From: Chloroflexota bacterium
Lineage (GTDB): Bacteria > Chloroflexota > Anaerolineae > Aggregatilineales > J027
Length of the DNA stretch: 64,000 nt
Reading direction: 5' to 3'
Assembly: GCA_024434115.1 (NCBI GenBank)
Contig: QMIT01000004.1
Coordinates: 106,632-170,631 of the forward strand
Position numbers and translations under genes: made by a program. Of this stretch, positions 30,124-39,710 are shown piece by piece (position 1 is the first letter of the stretch; each line of letters opens with the position of its first letter). The notes beneath the pieces were generated by a model. The model saw nothing but the letters and a program-made list of their open reading frames with translations. It did no database searches and was not told the DNA's origin.

Positions 30124-30737
30124 CCTGACTTCTCCTCATGCGGAATATCTGGAAATATAAGAACACCACAATTAACACAGCGCCGCGCTTTAGGATCATT
30201 CGGCGACAAGCAGTTGGGGCAGGCCCGATAGTAGCCGCTGAGGATTCGCTCTGGGTCATTCAGGGGCAACCGGGACAATCGCTGAAGTACCGGGTCTTCT
30301 TTGGGGATAATCCGCTCCAAGATAAGCACCACCACCAGCATCAGCAGCGACGAACCCGTAAGCCAATAGCCCACGCGCAAATTATTGACCTGTGTCCATG
30401 CCATGTCGTCGTCTACCCCAAACGCCATATAAAACCACGCCATCGAAATAATGGCAAATAACCCCAATCGCCATGCCAATTTGTACCACAATACCTCATC
30501 ATAAAACATCATCCCCATCACTCCACGTACCATGCTGACAATCGCGGTGATCGGCAGTATTGCCAACAAAGCCCAAGGCGAAACCAAACTGTAGGGGAAG
30601 AAAAAATTGTCAAACATCCGTCCCATTAAATCAATAGCCGTTCCACCCCGCACATGCCATGGCAAAAATAGCGCCACCAACAAACTCAGCGCCGCCACAA
30701 ATTGCATCGCATACGTCGCTCGAAAATACTTGCGCAT
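30120..30737 (-). CDS. 4-TM membrane protein with C-terminal zinc ribbon
   Basis: FLPW..GYWL TM pattern, CPNC..CVNCG, GGAGG RBS upstream. Confidence 0.75.
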   Translation of the reverse strand: MRKYFRATYAMQFVAALSLLVALFLPWHVRGGTAIDLMGRMFDNFFFPYSLVSPWALLAILPITAIVSMVRGVMGMMFYDEVLWYKLAWRLGLFAIISMAWFYMAFGVDDDMAWTQVNNLRVGYWLTGSSLLMLVVVLILERIIPKEDPVLQRLSRLPLNDPERILSGYYRACPNCLSPNDPKARRCVNCGVLIFPDIPHEEKSG

Positions 30738-30938
30738 GGCCGGAATGCCTCCATATCTAAAGTATACCGCAGGCAGGTTTAACCAAATTGCCTATATTGC
30801 AAGGTTGCCTTTTTTCTAGGCGCGGCTTATGCTGGTGAGTGACGACTATTTTCTTTGCGTCTTTGGCAGCTTTGCAGTCTCATAGCTTTATTGAACAGGT
30901 TCTATTATGCAAATAAAACACAGGAGTTCCTCACGACG

Positions 30939-33512
30939 ATGATTCGCCCTGTTACAACAGTAGAAGTCTCTCCTAAACTCCCGCCCGAACTGAAACCCCT
31001 CCTTGATTTAGCATACAATTTACGTTGGTCTTGGGATCATGAATCTGTAGAGCTTTTCCGTCGCCTTGATGGTGAGCTATGGATTGGTTCTAACTACAAC
31101 CCGGTTTGGATGTTGGGCCTGATTTCCCAACAAACCCTTGATGCAGTTGCCCGCGATACTTCATTCCTAAATCAACTCAAGCGGGTCGTGGAGGGTTTTA
31201 ATGAGTACATGACCAGCACCGATACATGGTACGAGCGCACACATGGCAAAGCCGAGAAACCCCATATCGCCTATTTTAGTATGGAATTTGGACTGACCAC
31301 TGCCCTCCAAACCTATTCCGGTGGTCTCGGTGTCTTGGCAGGCGACCATCTCAAGAGCGCCTCGGACTTAGGGCTACCGTTGGTTGGCGTTGGGATGCTT
31401 TATCAAGAGGGCTATTTCCAACAGTATCTCAATCAAGATGGCTATCAGCAAGAATCCTATCCCATCAATGATTACGCCAACTTGCCTATTCGACCCGTGA
31501 TGGGAGCCGATGGCAAACGTCTTGAAATCTCTGTGCCGTTGGGCAAAGTCAATGTCTATGCCTACGTATGGAAGGTAGCGGTAGGTCGTGTTAATCTCTA
31601 CCTGCTCGACGCCAACCACCCCTTGAATTCAGGCGACCTGTATAACCTGACTGACCGCCTCTATGGGGGAGATCGCCGCACCCGTATCCAACAGGAAATC
31701 CTGTTTGGCATCGGCGGCATCCGTATGTTAGAAGCCCTCAATCTACGGCCCCAAGTCATCCACATGAACGAAGGCCACAGTGCCTTTAGTGCTCTTGAGC
31801 GCATCCGCATTTTTATGAAAGAAAATCCCGGCGTCACCTTTGATGAAGCCCGCAATATCTTGGCAACCGCCAGCGTCTACACCATCCACACCCCCGTGTC
31901 GGCGGGTCTGGAACGTTTCGGTTATGATCTGATTGACGAATATCTGACATGGCTATGGCAGGAATTGGGTCTCACCCGTGATCAGTTCCATGATCTAGGC
32001 CGCGAACGCATGGGGACTTATACCCTATTCTCGATGCCCGTCATGGCCCTGAAGATGTCCGCCGCCACCAACGCGGTCAGCAAATTGCATGGCGATGTCT
32101 CCCAACAAATGTGGCAGTGGCTTTTCCCTGAAGTGCCTCAGACCGAAGTCCCGATTCAACATGTCACCAATGGGGTACACGTCAAGACATGGGTCAGCCG
32201 CGACATGGCGAGTCTCTTTGACCGCTATCTTGACCCCTCGTGGCGCACCAACGCTGCTGAAGAAGATGTCTGGAATGAGGTTGACCGCATCCCCGACACC
32301 GAAATCTGGCGTGTCCATGAACGGCGTCGTGCCCGTCTAGTCGCCTTTGCCCGTACCCGTCTAAAGGAACAACTGGTGCGGCGTGGCATGTCACAATCTG
32401 AAGTAGAATCCGCCGAAGAAGTGCTGAACCCGGAAGCCTTGACCATCGGCTTTGCACGTCGTTTTGCCACTTACAAACGGGCCACTCTCTTGTTCCGTGA
32501 CCCGGTGCGCTTGGAACGGATGCTGAATAATTTTGACCGCCCGGTACAGTTTATCTTCGCTGGCAAGGCCCACCCACACGACCAACCCGGCAAGGAATTC
32601 ATCCGACAGGTGGTCAAGTTCGCCAGCGCACCCGAATTCCGCCATTCTGTCATTTTCCTTGAAAATTATGACATGAACGTCGCCCACTATCTGGTGCAAG
32701 GCGTAGACGTGTGGTTGAACAACCCCCGCCGCCCTCAAGAAGCCAGCGGCACAAGCGGCATGAAGGTAATCTATAACGCGGGGCTGAACTGTAGTATTTT
32801 GGACGGGTGGTGGGCCGAAGCCTATAGCCCCGAAGTCGGCTGGGCCATCGGCAATGGGGAGGAGTACAACACCGAACAAGAGGAGCTTCAAGACTATATC
32901 GAAAGCCAAGCCCTCTATAACATGTTGGAGAAAGATCTGATTCCGCTGTTCTATGATCGAGGGCGTGATAATCTCCCGCGTGAGTGGATGCGTAAGGTCA
33001 AAGCCAGCATGAAAACCCTCTCCCCCTTCTTTAACACGGATCGTATGGTCGAAGAATACACTACCAAATTCTATCTCCCCTCCCGTGACCGCATCCAAGC
33101 CCTGACCAAAGACAGCCTCAAAGAGGGTAAGCAGTACGCTGACTGGCTCATTGATGTCCGTCGCGCTTGGCCCAATATCAGCATTCAAAAAGTGCAGGCC
33201 TCAACCGAGCATGTGACCGTTGGCGAAGCGCTCAAGGTCGAGGCATGGGTCAATCTGGGTGCGCTCAAACCCAGCGACGTGGTAGTGCAACTCTATTCCG
33301 GCTCACTCGATAGCAAGGGCATGTTGCAAAGTGGCAGCGCCGTTGATATGGAGGCTAATGGCAAACCGCAGGGCGCCCTCTATCATTTCGAGGCCACCCT
33401 CAATTACACCCAGACGGGCGAGCAGGGTATTTCCGTTCGTGTGCTGCCCAAGCACACCTATCTGGCCGACCCCATTCTGACCGGCCTCATACACTGGGCC
33501 GACAGCGAATAA
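30939..33512 (+). CDS. glgP: Alpha-glucan (glycogen) phosphorylase
   Basis: YSGGLGVLAGD, HMNEGH, GFARRFATYKRA, EASGTSGMK (PLP lysine). ATG at 30939 follows AGGAG; the track start is 30855. Confidence 0.96.
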   Translation: MIRPVTTVEVSPKLPPELKPLLDLAYNLRWSWDHESVELFRRLDGELWIGSNYNPVWMLGLISQQTLDAVARDTSFLNQLKRVVEGFNEYMTSTDTWYERTHGKAEKPHIAYFSMEFGLTTALQTYSGGLGVLAGDHLKSASDLGLPLVGVGMLYQEGYFQQYLNQDGYQQESYPINDYANLPIRPVMGADGKRLEISVPLGKVNVYAYVWKVAVGRVNLYLLDANHPLNSGDLYNLTDRLYGGDRRTRIQQEILFGIGGIRMLEALNLRPQVIHMNEGHSAFSALERIRIFMKENPGVTFDEARNILATASVYTIHTPVSAGLERFGYDLIDEYLTWLWQELGLTRDQFHDLGRERMGTYTLFSMPVMALKMSAATNAVSKLHGDVSQQMWQWLFPEVPQTEVPIQHVTNGVHVKTWVSRDMASLFDRYLDPSWRTNAAEEDVWNEVDRIPDTEIWRVHERRRARLVAFARTRLKEQLVRRGMSQSEVESAEEVLNPEALTIGFARRFATYKRATLLFRDPVRLERMLNNFDRPVQFIFAGKAHPHDQPGKEFIRQVVKFASAPEFRHSVIFLENYDMNVAHYLVQGVDVWLNNPRRPQEASGTSGMKVIYNAGLNCSILDGWWAEAYSPEVGWAIGNGEEYNTEQEELQDYIESQALYNMLEKDLIPLFYDRGRDNLPREWMRKVKASMKTLSPFFNTDRMVEEYTTKFYLPSRDRIQALTKDSLKEGKQYADWLIDVRRAWPNISIQKVQASTEHVTVGEALKVEAWVNLGALKPSDVVVQLYSGSLDSKGMLQSGSAVDMEANGKPQGALYHFEATLNYTQTGEQGISVRVLPKHTYLADPILTGLIHWADSE

Positions 33513-33514
33513 AA

Positions 33515-33548
33515 ATCAAAAAGGAGGGCTACAAACCCTCCTTTTGAT
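33515..33548. terminator. Bidirectional terminator between glgP and the YceI gene
   Basis: ATCAAAAAGGAGGG-CTACAAA-CCCTCCTTTTGAT. Confidence 0.85.
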
Positions 33549-33587
33549 CTACCCATTTTTACCAATACATCTCAACCGAGGCTACCA

Positions 33588-34136
33588 TTACGCACTGGCC
33601 GCTACGGGTTCAACCACTAAGGCAGCTTCGACATCCAATTCGATCTTGATTTCCTTGCCAACCAACACGCCACCCGTTTCCAGTGCGACGTTCCAAGTCA
33701 GGCCGAAATCTTCACGATTGATCTTGGTGATGGCATTAAACCCAATGACCTTCGCCCCCCAAGGGTTCGTGTTTTCGCCCAAAAATTCCGTCTCCAAAAC
33801 GACCTGACGGGTCACACCATGAATGGTCAGATCGCCATAGATTTTGCCCGCATTGTCGCCCTTGACTTCAACTTTGGTGCTCTTAAAGGAGATGTTGGGG
33901 TGATTGGCGACATCAAAAAAATCGGCACTCCGCAGATGGTTATCGCGGTCATTCGCCCCCGTGTTGATGCTGTTGGCATCAATCGTGACTTCCACCGACC
34001 CTGCCGTAGGATTGGCTGGGTCAAAATCAATCGTGCCGCTAAAATTTTGGAAGGAGCCGCGCACGGTAGTTACCATCATGTGGCGGACAGAAAAATTGAC
34101 GCCGCTGTGTGAATTATCAATGTTCCATTTAGCCAT
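33588..34136 (-). CDS. YceI-family polyisoprenoid-binding protein
   Basis: WNIDNSHS..FSVRHMM..VRG.F, RDNHLRSADFFD, INREDFGLTWN..LETGG. ATG at 34136 follows GGAGA. Confidence 0.93.
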   Translation of the reverse strand: MAKWNIDNSHSGVNFSVRHMMVTTVRGSFQNFSGTIDFDPANPTAGSVEVTIDANSINTGANDRDNHLRSADFFDVANHPNISFKSTKVEVKGDNAGKIYGDLTIHGVTRQVVLETEFLGENTNPWGAKVIGFNAITKINREDFGLTWNVALETGGVLVGKEIKIELDVEAALVVEPVAASA

Positions 34137-34178
34137 TGGAAAGGTCTCCCCAGTTGTTCTCTCATTATTCTCATCATC

Positions 34179-34268
34179 AAACGGACTGTAGTCCGAATAG
34201 ATAAAGAATAACATACGACTGGGGGGTTGTAAATTAGAATTGCATTAGAAAGGGACGGGTGTCCGTTT
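34179..34268 (-). promoter_or_regulatory. YceI-gene promoter flanked by two putative TetR operators
   Basis: Minus-strand TTTACA-N17-TATTCT (34233-34205). AAACGGAC-N4-GTCC occurs at 34179-34195 and inverted at 34252-34268. Confidence 0.7.
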
Positions 34269-34851
34269 ATGCTAAAAGTCGCATCACGGTATTGAGGAGG
34301 CCATTGATAATCTGGGTCGAGCCGTAGCCCATGACCTTACGTTGAAAATACGCCACATGAACGTCCAGCATGACATACAACATGTCCGCCGTATAGTCCA
34401 CATCTATCGGGCGGCCCGTTTGAACAAGCAGTGCGCGGATGGTCTGCCGCCACCACAGATGCGCCGGGTGTCCCAAGCCCATCGCTTCCATTTGCCCCAC
34501 GCCCTCGCACAATAGCGATCCGTTGGCTTCAACAAAATTCGCCACCTCAACCAAGAACCAGCACAACGCCTCTACCGGGTCGCCACCCTCACTCAATCGA
34601 ATGAGTGTGCGTTCCTGCAATTCACGCTGTTCATGATCCAGCAGGGCATGACACAAATCTGCCTTATCGGTGAAATGCCGATACAGCGTCCCTTTGCCGA
34701 CCCCGGCTGCATCCGCGATGGCCGACATCGAAACATGTTCGACACCTTGTTCCGCAAACAACTGACGGGCGGTTTTAAGCAGTAGCTCTCGGTTCTTAAC
34801 CGCGTCGGCACGGGTCGGACGTAGTTCTTCCTGAAGCAGTAGGTTATTCAT
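34267..34851 (-). CDS. TetR/AcrR-family transcriptional regulator
   Basis: RADAVKNR..LL..A..LF, IADAAGVGKGTLYRHF.DK helix-turn-helix. Confidence 0.93.
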   Translation of the reverse strand: MNNLLLQEELRPTRADAVKNRELLLKTARQLFAEQGVEHVSMSAIADAAGVGKGTLYRHFTDKADLCHALLDHEQRELQERTLIRLSEGGDPVEALCWFLVEVANFVEANGSLLCEGVGQMEAMGLGHPAHLWWRQTIRALLVQTGRPIDVDYTADMLYVMLDVHVAYFQRKVMGYGSTQIINGLLNTVMRLLA

Positions 34852-34928
34852 AGGGATGTTTCACGTTGTTAGTGCTAGTCTGCCGTTATGGAATCATTCT
34901 ATCATTATAAGTCAACGCCATAAGAGTC

Positions 34929-37349
34929 TTATTTGTTCCGTTCGACTTTTTCTATTTCATCCTGCTTCATCCTGCTTTCCGCCGCGCTCCATTTTTTAAG
35001 CAGTTCCACCTCGCGCGTCTCCAACTTCAGCCTCTCCGCTGTCTCATCAGCGTCTGGCATCTCAAGGGTCACGGGCGAAGTCAGTGGCAGTGACATTTCC
35101 ACAATCGTGCCCTGCCCCGCAATACTTTCGAGCGTCATTTCACCGCCATGTGTCCGCACGATCTTGCGTGAAAGATAAAGGCCTTGACCCGTCCCCGGCG
35201 TTTCAATCACTTTGCCATCCGGCAGGGTCGGCGTTCCCCGATAAAACCGTTGGAAGATATTCGGCAGGTCTTGTGCCAAAATGCCGACCCCTTGATCTTC
35301 CACCCGAATCAGCGCCGTGCTTTTTTCGGCCTGTTCAATCGCCGTAATGTGTATCGTGCTGTTGGGTGGGGAATACTTAATCGCGTTGTCCACCACATTC
35401 CCGATGGCCCAACGCAGTCGGCGCTCATCCCCCAAAACATAACACGCCTCGGCAGGCAATTTAACCTCTAACAACACTTCGGCTGCCGCTGCGGACTTCT
35501 TCCATTGGGCCGCCACCCGCCAAATTAAATCGCTCAACAAAATGGCCTTTTGTCCACGCTCCAAATCTTGCCGATTGATCGTATTCAACTCACGCAGTTC
35601 GCCAATAATCCGCTGCATGGCCCGTGCATTCCGCGCAATTTCCCGCGCAAACAACATCAGCGAATCACTGGTCGGGGTTCCACGCAAATCCACCGCCCGC
35701 AAAGCCGCGTCTTGGGCCACATGGGATACAGGCAGGTGAATTTCATCGGATAATTTTTCAACCAATTCTTCATGCCGCTGTTCTCGCTGCACCGTCTCGG
35801 TAATGTCCCGCAACGTGACCAATTTTCCAAGCCGCCCCCCGGTTACCGTCACAATTGCAGCAACCTGAGCCTCCAAGATACGGTCTTGATGCAGCACCGG
35901 CATAGGCTGCCCCATCGCATATAATCCCGGCGCAAGGGCAGGCCCCAGCGTCTCGGTGGTCGCCGCCGTCAATTGCTGGAATGATGCCGAGCGTAACGTT
36001 CGGATGCCGCCAATCAGATTACGTGCCTGTGTATTCATCATCAACACCCGACCATCTACATCTAGAACAATCAGGCCGTCCGGCAAACTTTCCAAAATCG
36101 CGGCCAGCCGAGAATTTTCACGTCGTTCGCGCCGCAGACTTTTAACCATTAAATCATTCTGCTGCCCCATCACATCGGCAAAATGGTCGAGCGCCCCACC
36201 TAGCACCCCGATTTCATCATTGGCACGCAAACGGCTTCGAGCATCCAATTGACCTGCCGCCAGTGCCTCTGCCGTCCGCCGAACACGATTAACTCGACTT
36301 AACAGACGTACAGTAAATAGATAGAACACAATCAAAATCGCTGCTGTCAAGGTTGCAAAGGTGAGGCTGGTCAATTGCCGTGCCATATCACCGCTATACG
36401 CCGCATAGGTCGGTTGATAAATCCCCAGTACCCCAATCGGTTGTGTATCTACGGTAAAGGGTATATACGCCACCTGATAGCGTTCGCCATCAAGCGTGAT
36501 ATTTTCTGTCGGCACCTGCCCCACCAAGCCTAATGTCTGGTTTACCGTCTCCAGCGGCAAATGAAGTACATCCAAAACCGTCTCATTATCTGGCAGAGTG
36601 GTACGCAGCAAACGACCATCCCCCGCAAACACCGTCAAGTTCTCGGTTGCGGGGCTATCGAGCGCAGTCAACACATGGTCAAGCCGCCGCCCCACCGTCA
36701 CAATTCCCATCATTTGGTCAGTCGGGCTAAAAATCGGCCCACTCGTCACCAGCATCACGCCTTGCCCAGTCTGCACAAGACCACTGCGCGGCTGCTGGCT
36801 CATCGCCTGAAAGATAGGTTCAAGGGCGGAAACATCGCTCTTTTCCGCAACGGTATAATCCACCAGTCCGTCTATTTCGACTCGCTGTAGACTGAGGATT
36901 TCTTGCGAATCTGCTCCGGTGACGATCACGAGGTCTAAGGTTGCTAGTTCGGCAAGGGGTTCAATCAAGGTGTGTAATGCTGGGCCATTCTGTGAGGCAA
37001 CGTTTTCCCGTACCCCGCTGGTAAACGTGATACGGCGAATTTCCTCCCGCATCTCCACACCAATTTGGGCGGTTTGGGCGGAGAGGGTCTGGCTTCGTAC
37101 CAGCACATCCCGCACCTCGTCGTCCTCCTGTGTGCGCATGAGATTTTGTGATACCAGATACGCTCCGGTGGTCACAATGACCAGCATCACGGCAAACAGG
37201 GGGACGAGCAGACGGGTGCGTAAACTCACATAATCGGAAGATGGCTGGATCGGCTTGGCGCGAAAAGGAATAATGGGCGTGGTCGTCTCATTCTCAAAAT
37301 CACGCACGGCCACGATTGACTTATTTTTTCGCCCCATAAATCGCCCCAC
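34929..37349 (-). CDS. Membrane sensor histidine kinase-like protein (sensor-HAMP-PAS-DHp-HATPase) with atypical H-box
   Basis: 2 TM helices, HAMP (DEIG.LG), PAS (ILESLPDGLIVLD), N box NVVDNAIKY, DQGVGI, GTGQGL. Start may be ATG 37337. Confidence 0.88.
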   Translation of the reverse strand: MGRFMGRKNKSIVAVRDFENETTTPIIPFRAKPIQPSSDYVSLRTRLLVPLFAVMLVIVTTGAYLVSQNLMRTQEDDEVRDVLVRSQTLSAQTAQIGVEMREEIRRITFTSGVRENVASQNGPALHTLIEPLAELATLDLVIVTGADSQEILSLQRVEIDGLVDYTVAEKSDVSALEPIFQAMSQQPRSGLVQTGQGVMLVTSGPIFSPTDQMMGIVTVGRRLDHVLTALDSPATENLTVFAGDGRLLRTTLPDNETVLDVLHLPLETVNQTLGLVGQVPTENITLDGERYQVAYIPFTVDTQPIGVLGIYQPTYAAYSGDMARQLTSLTFATLTAAILIVFYLFTVRLLSRVNRVRRTAEALAAGQLDARSRLRANDEIGVLGGALDHFADVMGQQNDLMVKSLRRERRENSRLAAILESLPDGLIVLDVDGRVLMMNTQARNLIGGIRTLRSASFQQLTAATTETLGPALAPGLYAMGQPMPVLHQDRILEAQVAAIVTVTGGRLGKLVTLRDITETVQREQRHEELVEKLSDEIHLPVSHVAQDAALRAVDLRGTPTSDSLMLFAREIARNARAMQRIIGELRELNTINRQDLERGQKAILLSDLIWRVAAQWKKSAAAAEVLLEVKLPAEACYVLGDERRLRWAIGNVVDNAIKYSPPNSTIHITAIEQAEKSTALIRVEDQGVGILAQDLPNIFQRFYRGTPTLPDGKVIETPGTGQGLYLSRKIVRTHGGEMTLESIAGQGTIVEMSLPLTSPVTLEMPDADETAERLKLETREVELLKKWSAAESRMKQDEIEKVERNK

Positions 37350-37512
37350 AGAACAATTGTGCTTACCTTAAAGAATGCCCTAAGAGGCATCGGATTGCAA
37401 GTCACCCAACAACATTCTAACCAATAGGTTTCCCATATGAAACTAATTGGTTACTCTCTACGTCCTTTATAATGAGAAATGCAATGGATCGAGTTTTCAA
37501 ACAAGGATTATT

Positions 37513-38859
37513 ATGCGCTCAAATCAACTCCCTACACGTTTCGGTCTAATCGCCATTACCCTGAGTGTGGTCTTGGTGACAATTATGCTCAGTACCGTCG
37601 GCCTGCAAGCGACGGCTCAATCTGGCCCAACTTCCACGCCTACCCCGCCTAGCGGTGCTGGAACAACCGCCCTCATCACGGATGAGACCAATCCATATGA
37701 TGAACCCGCCGAATATACAGGCGACGCGGAATGGACCCTCACCGATCTGACCTTCCAAAGCAATTATCCGAACGGCTTTGAATTCCATGCCAAACCCACC
37801 AGCACCAAAGGCGCCGTTGTCTCGGCCTCCGTCCAGTGGTCACACAACCCCCATGCAGATCGGGCACGTGCCATCGGTGAAGTGGATGCCAATGGTATCG
37901 CTACCGCCATCTGGGACGCCACCAGCAACCGTGTTCCCCCATGGGTCGCCGTCAATTATCGTTGGTCATTTACCGATAGCGCGGGCAACAGCTATCAAAC
38001 CGAGTGGATTGTGGGCGCGGAATACGAAGACAATACTCGTGAATGGACACGCGCCGAATCCGAGGACATTATCGTGTTTATCGAAGACGGCCTCACCCAA
38101 GACGTGATTGACATGACCTTCGACGCAATGGAGCAGCGCCGTCCCGACTTCATCGCCCTCTTTGGCCGACCACTCGCCTACAAACCGCGTGCTATCCTCT
38201 TCTTCGATTACGACACGTTCCTAGAATGGCGCGGCGTCACGGTCAACACCAACAACACCATCCTTGCGGGCCAGACCACTGATTATTGGGGTGCGACGGT
38301 GCAAGCCTTCCTGTTTGGGGATTTGGAAGAAATGTCCTATGGCACTGTCCCCCACGAAATCGCCCATCTCTATCAGGCCGACCTCTATGACTTCCGTGCG
38401 CCGGGGTGGTGGATCGAAGGCAATGCGACCTACTTTGAAATCTCCAAAGGCTACGATTATGAACAGCGGGTGCGTGACCTTGCCTTCTTCTACGACATTC
38501 CCCCCCTGTTGCAAGGGCTTGGCCCGGTTCCCAATGATCTCGGCCCGGATGAACGTGGACGTTTAGGGTATGACATGGGCTACACCTTCAACGAATGGCT
38601 GATTGATAACTATGGCCCGGAGGCCCACCTACAAATCGTGCAGTTGCTGGAAGAAGGGGTCTATCGCAACGAATCCGACGAATTTAATGTGATCTTGGAG
38701 CAGATAACGGGTCTATCTATTGCCGAAATCGAACGGCGTTGGCGCACATGGCTCGGTGCATCTCCCGAAGCCCCAACCCTGATTCCGACACCCACCATCG
38801 AGATGCGCTTCCCACCCACCGTCACACCCTTTATCTTCCCCACTGCCGCGAGCCAGTAA
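37513..38859 (+). CDS. Secreted peptidase MA-like zinc metalloprotein
   Basis: Signal peptide, HEIAH plus WWIEGNA, Pro/Thr-rich termini. ATG at 37513 follows AAGGA. Confidence 0.8.
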   Translation: MRSNQLPTRFGLIAITLSVVLVTIMLSTVGLQATAQSGPTSTPTPPSGAGTTALITDETNPYDEPAEYTGDAEWTLTDLTFQSNYPNGFEFHAKPTSTKGAVVSASVQWSHNPHADRARAIGEVDANGIATAIWDATSNRVPPWVAVNYRWSFTDSAGNSYQTEWIVGAEYEDNTREWTRAESEDIIVFIEDGLTQDVIDMTFDAMEQRRPDFIALFGRPLAYKPRAILFFDYDTFLEWRGVTVNTNNTILAGQTTDYWGATVQAFLFGDLEEMSYGTVPHEIAHLYQADLYDFRAPGWWIEGNATYFEISKGYDYEQRVRDLAFFYDIPPLLQGLGPVPNDLGPDERGRLGYDMGYTFNEWLIDNYGPEAHLQIVQLLEEGVYRNESDEFNVILEQITGLSIAEIERRWRTWLGASPEAPTLIPTPTIEMRFPPTVTPFIFPTAASQ

Positions 38860-38868
38860 TCTCCACCG

Positions 38869-38896
38869 GGGGTGTATCATTGCGGTGATATACCCC
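38869..38896. terminator. Hairpin between convergent genes
   Basis: GGGGTGTATCA/TGATATACCCC stem. Confidence 0.65.
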
Positions 38897-39477
38897 TATT
38901 CTGATTCATTCTCATCGTCGTTTTCACCCTCATATTCGTCTATCTCTTCATCAAATTCCTCAAGTGGGGATTTTTGTAAATTGTAGGTAGCAAACAACGC
39001 CGCCACTAACATCAATCCCGCCCCTGTCGCCATCAAATACCAACCCATCCCCAAAGAAATTTTTATGAAATCATCGTTAGGATTGTTTTTGTAAAATGTT
39101 TGATATGACCAAAAATAGGTATTTCCGATTAGTCCTATATTGACGAGTGCCACAATCCATATACCAATAGCTTCTTTGGGATGCACCATGAAAATAATCA
39201 AAGCCGCACCAGCACCAACCAATACGTTAAGTCCTACAAAGTTCCGGGCAAGACCATCAGCGAAGGTGGCGTCTCTTTGAAACAGTGTTTCACTTCCCTC
39301 AAATGACCTAAAATCAAATAATGCACCATCATTGATATTCCCTTTGCATGTATCACTTTCATCCGAATCCAAATAATCAATGCAAGTAGATGCGGCGAAA
39401 ACTCCACCTATCACAAGCATCGTTCCAAGAAATAACAGAATGAAGGGCCATTTACCGATCATACGATCTCCTATCAT
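38896..39477 (-). CDS. Hypothetical 4-TM membrane protein with acidic tail
   Basis: Hydrophobic helices, GMGWYL, a Cys pair in the first loop; DNA is visibly AT-richer than its flanks. Confidence 0.65.
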   Translation of the reverse strand: MIGDRMIGKWPFILLFLGTMLVIGGVFAASTCIDYLDSDESDTCKGNINDGALFDFRSFEGSETLFQRDATFADGLARNFVGLNVLVGAGAALIIFMVHPKEAIGIWIVALVNIGLIGNTYFWSYQTFYKNNPNDDFIKISLGMGWYLMATGAGLMLVAALFATYNLQKSPLEEFDEEIDEYEGENDDENESE

Positions 39478-39710
39478 ATTTTCAAATTCCTAACGGTCAA
39501 TTATGGCTATCCACCATACCAAGTGCCAGCACTTGACAATTGCATACCGTTTCATTCCCCATATTAATCTACTTTCCTGCTATGCACTAACACAATCACT
39601 CTATCCCCAGAATTTGCATTCCGCGCCAATCTGATGCACTATATCCCCTGCCGTAGAGCATTACTTTCAAAAAATTACCCGCTAGGATTTTTAGGAGCTT
39701 TTGACGCGCC

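Noticed and set aside
37350-37363. AGAAC-AATT-GTGCT LexA-like site
   Set aside because: Mismatch in the GTTC core, and the flanking genes are unrelated to repair; likely chance.
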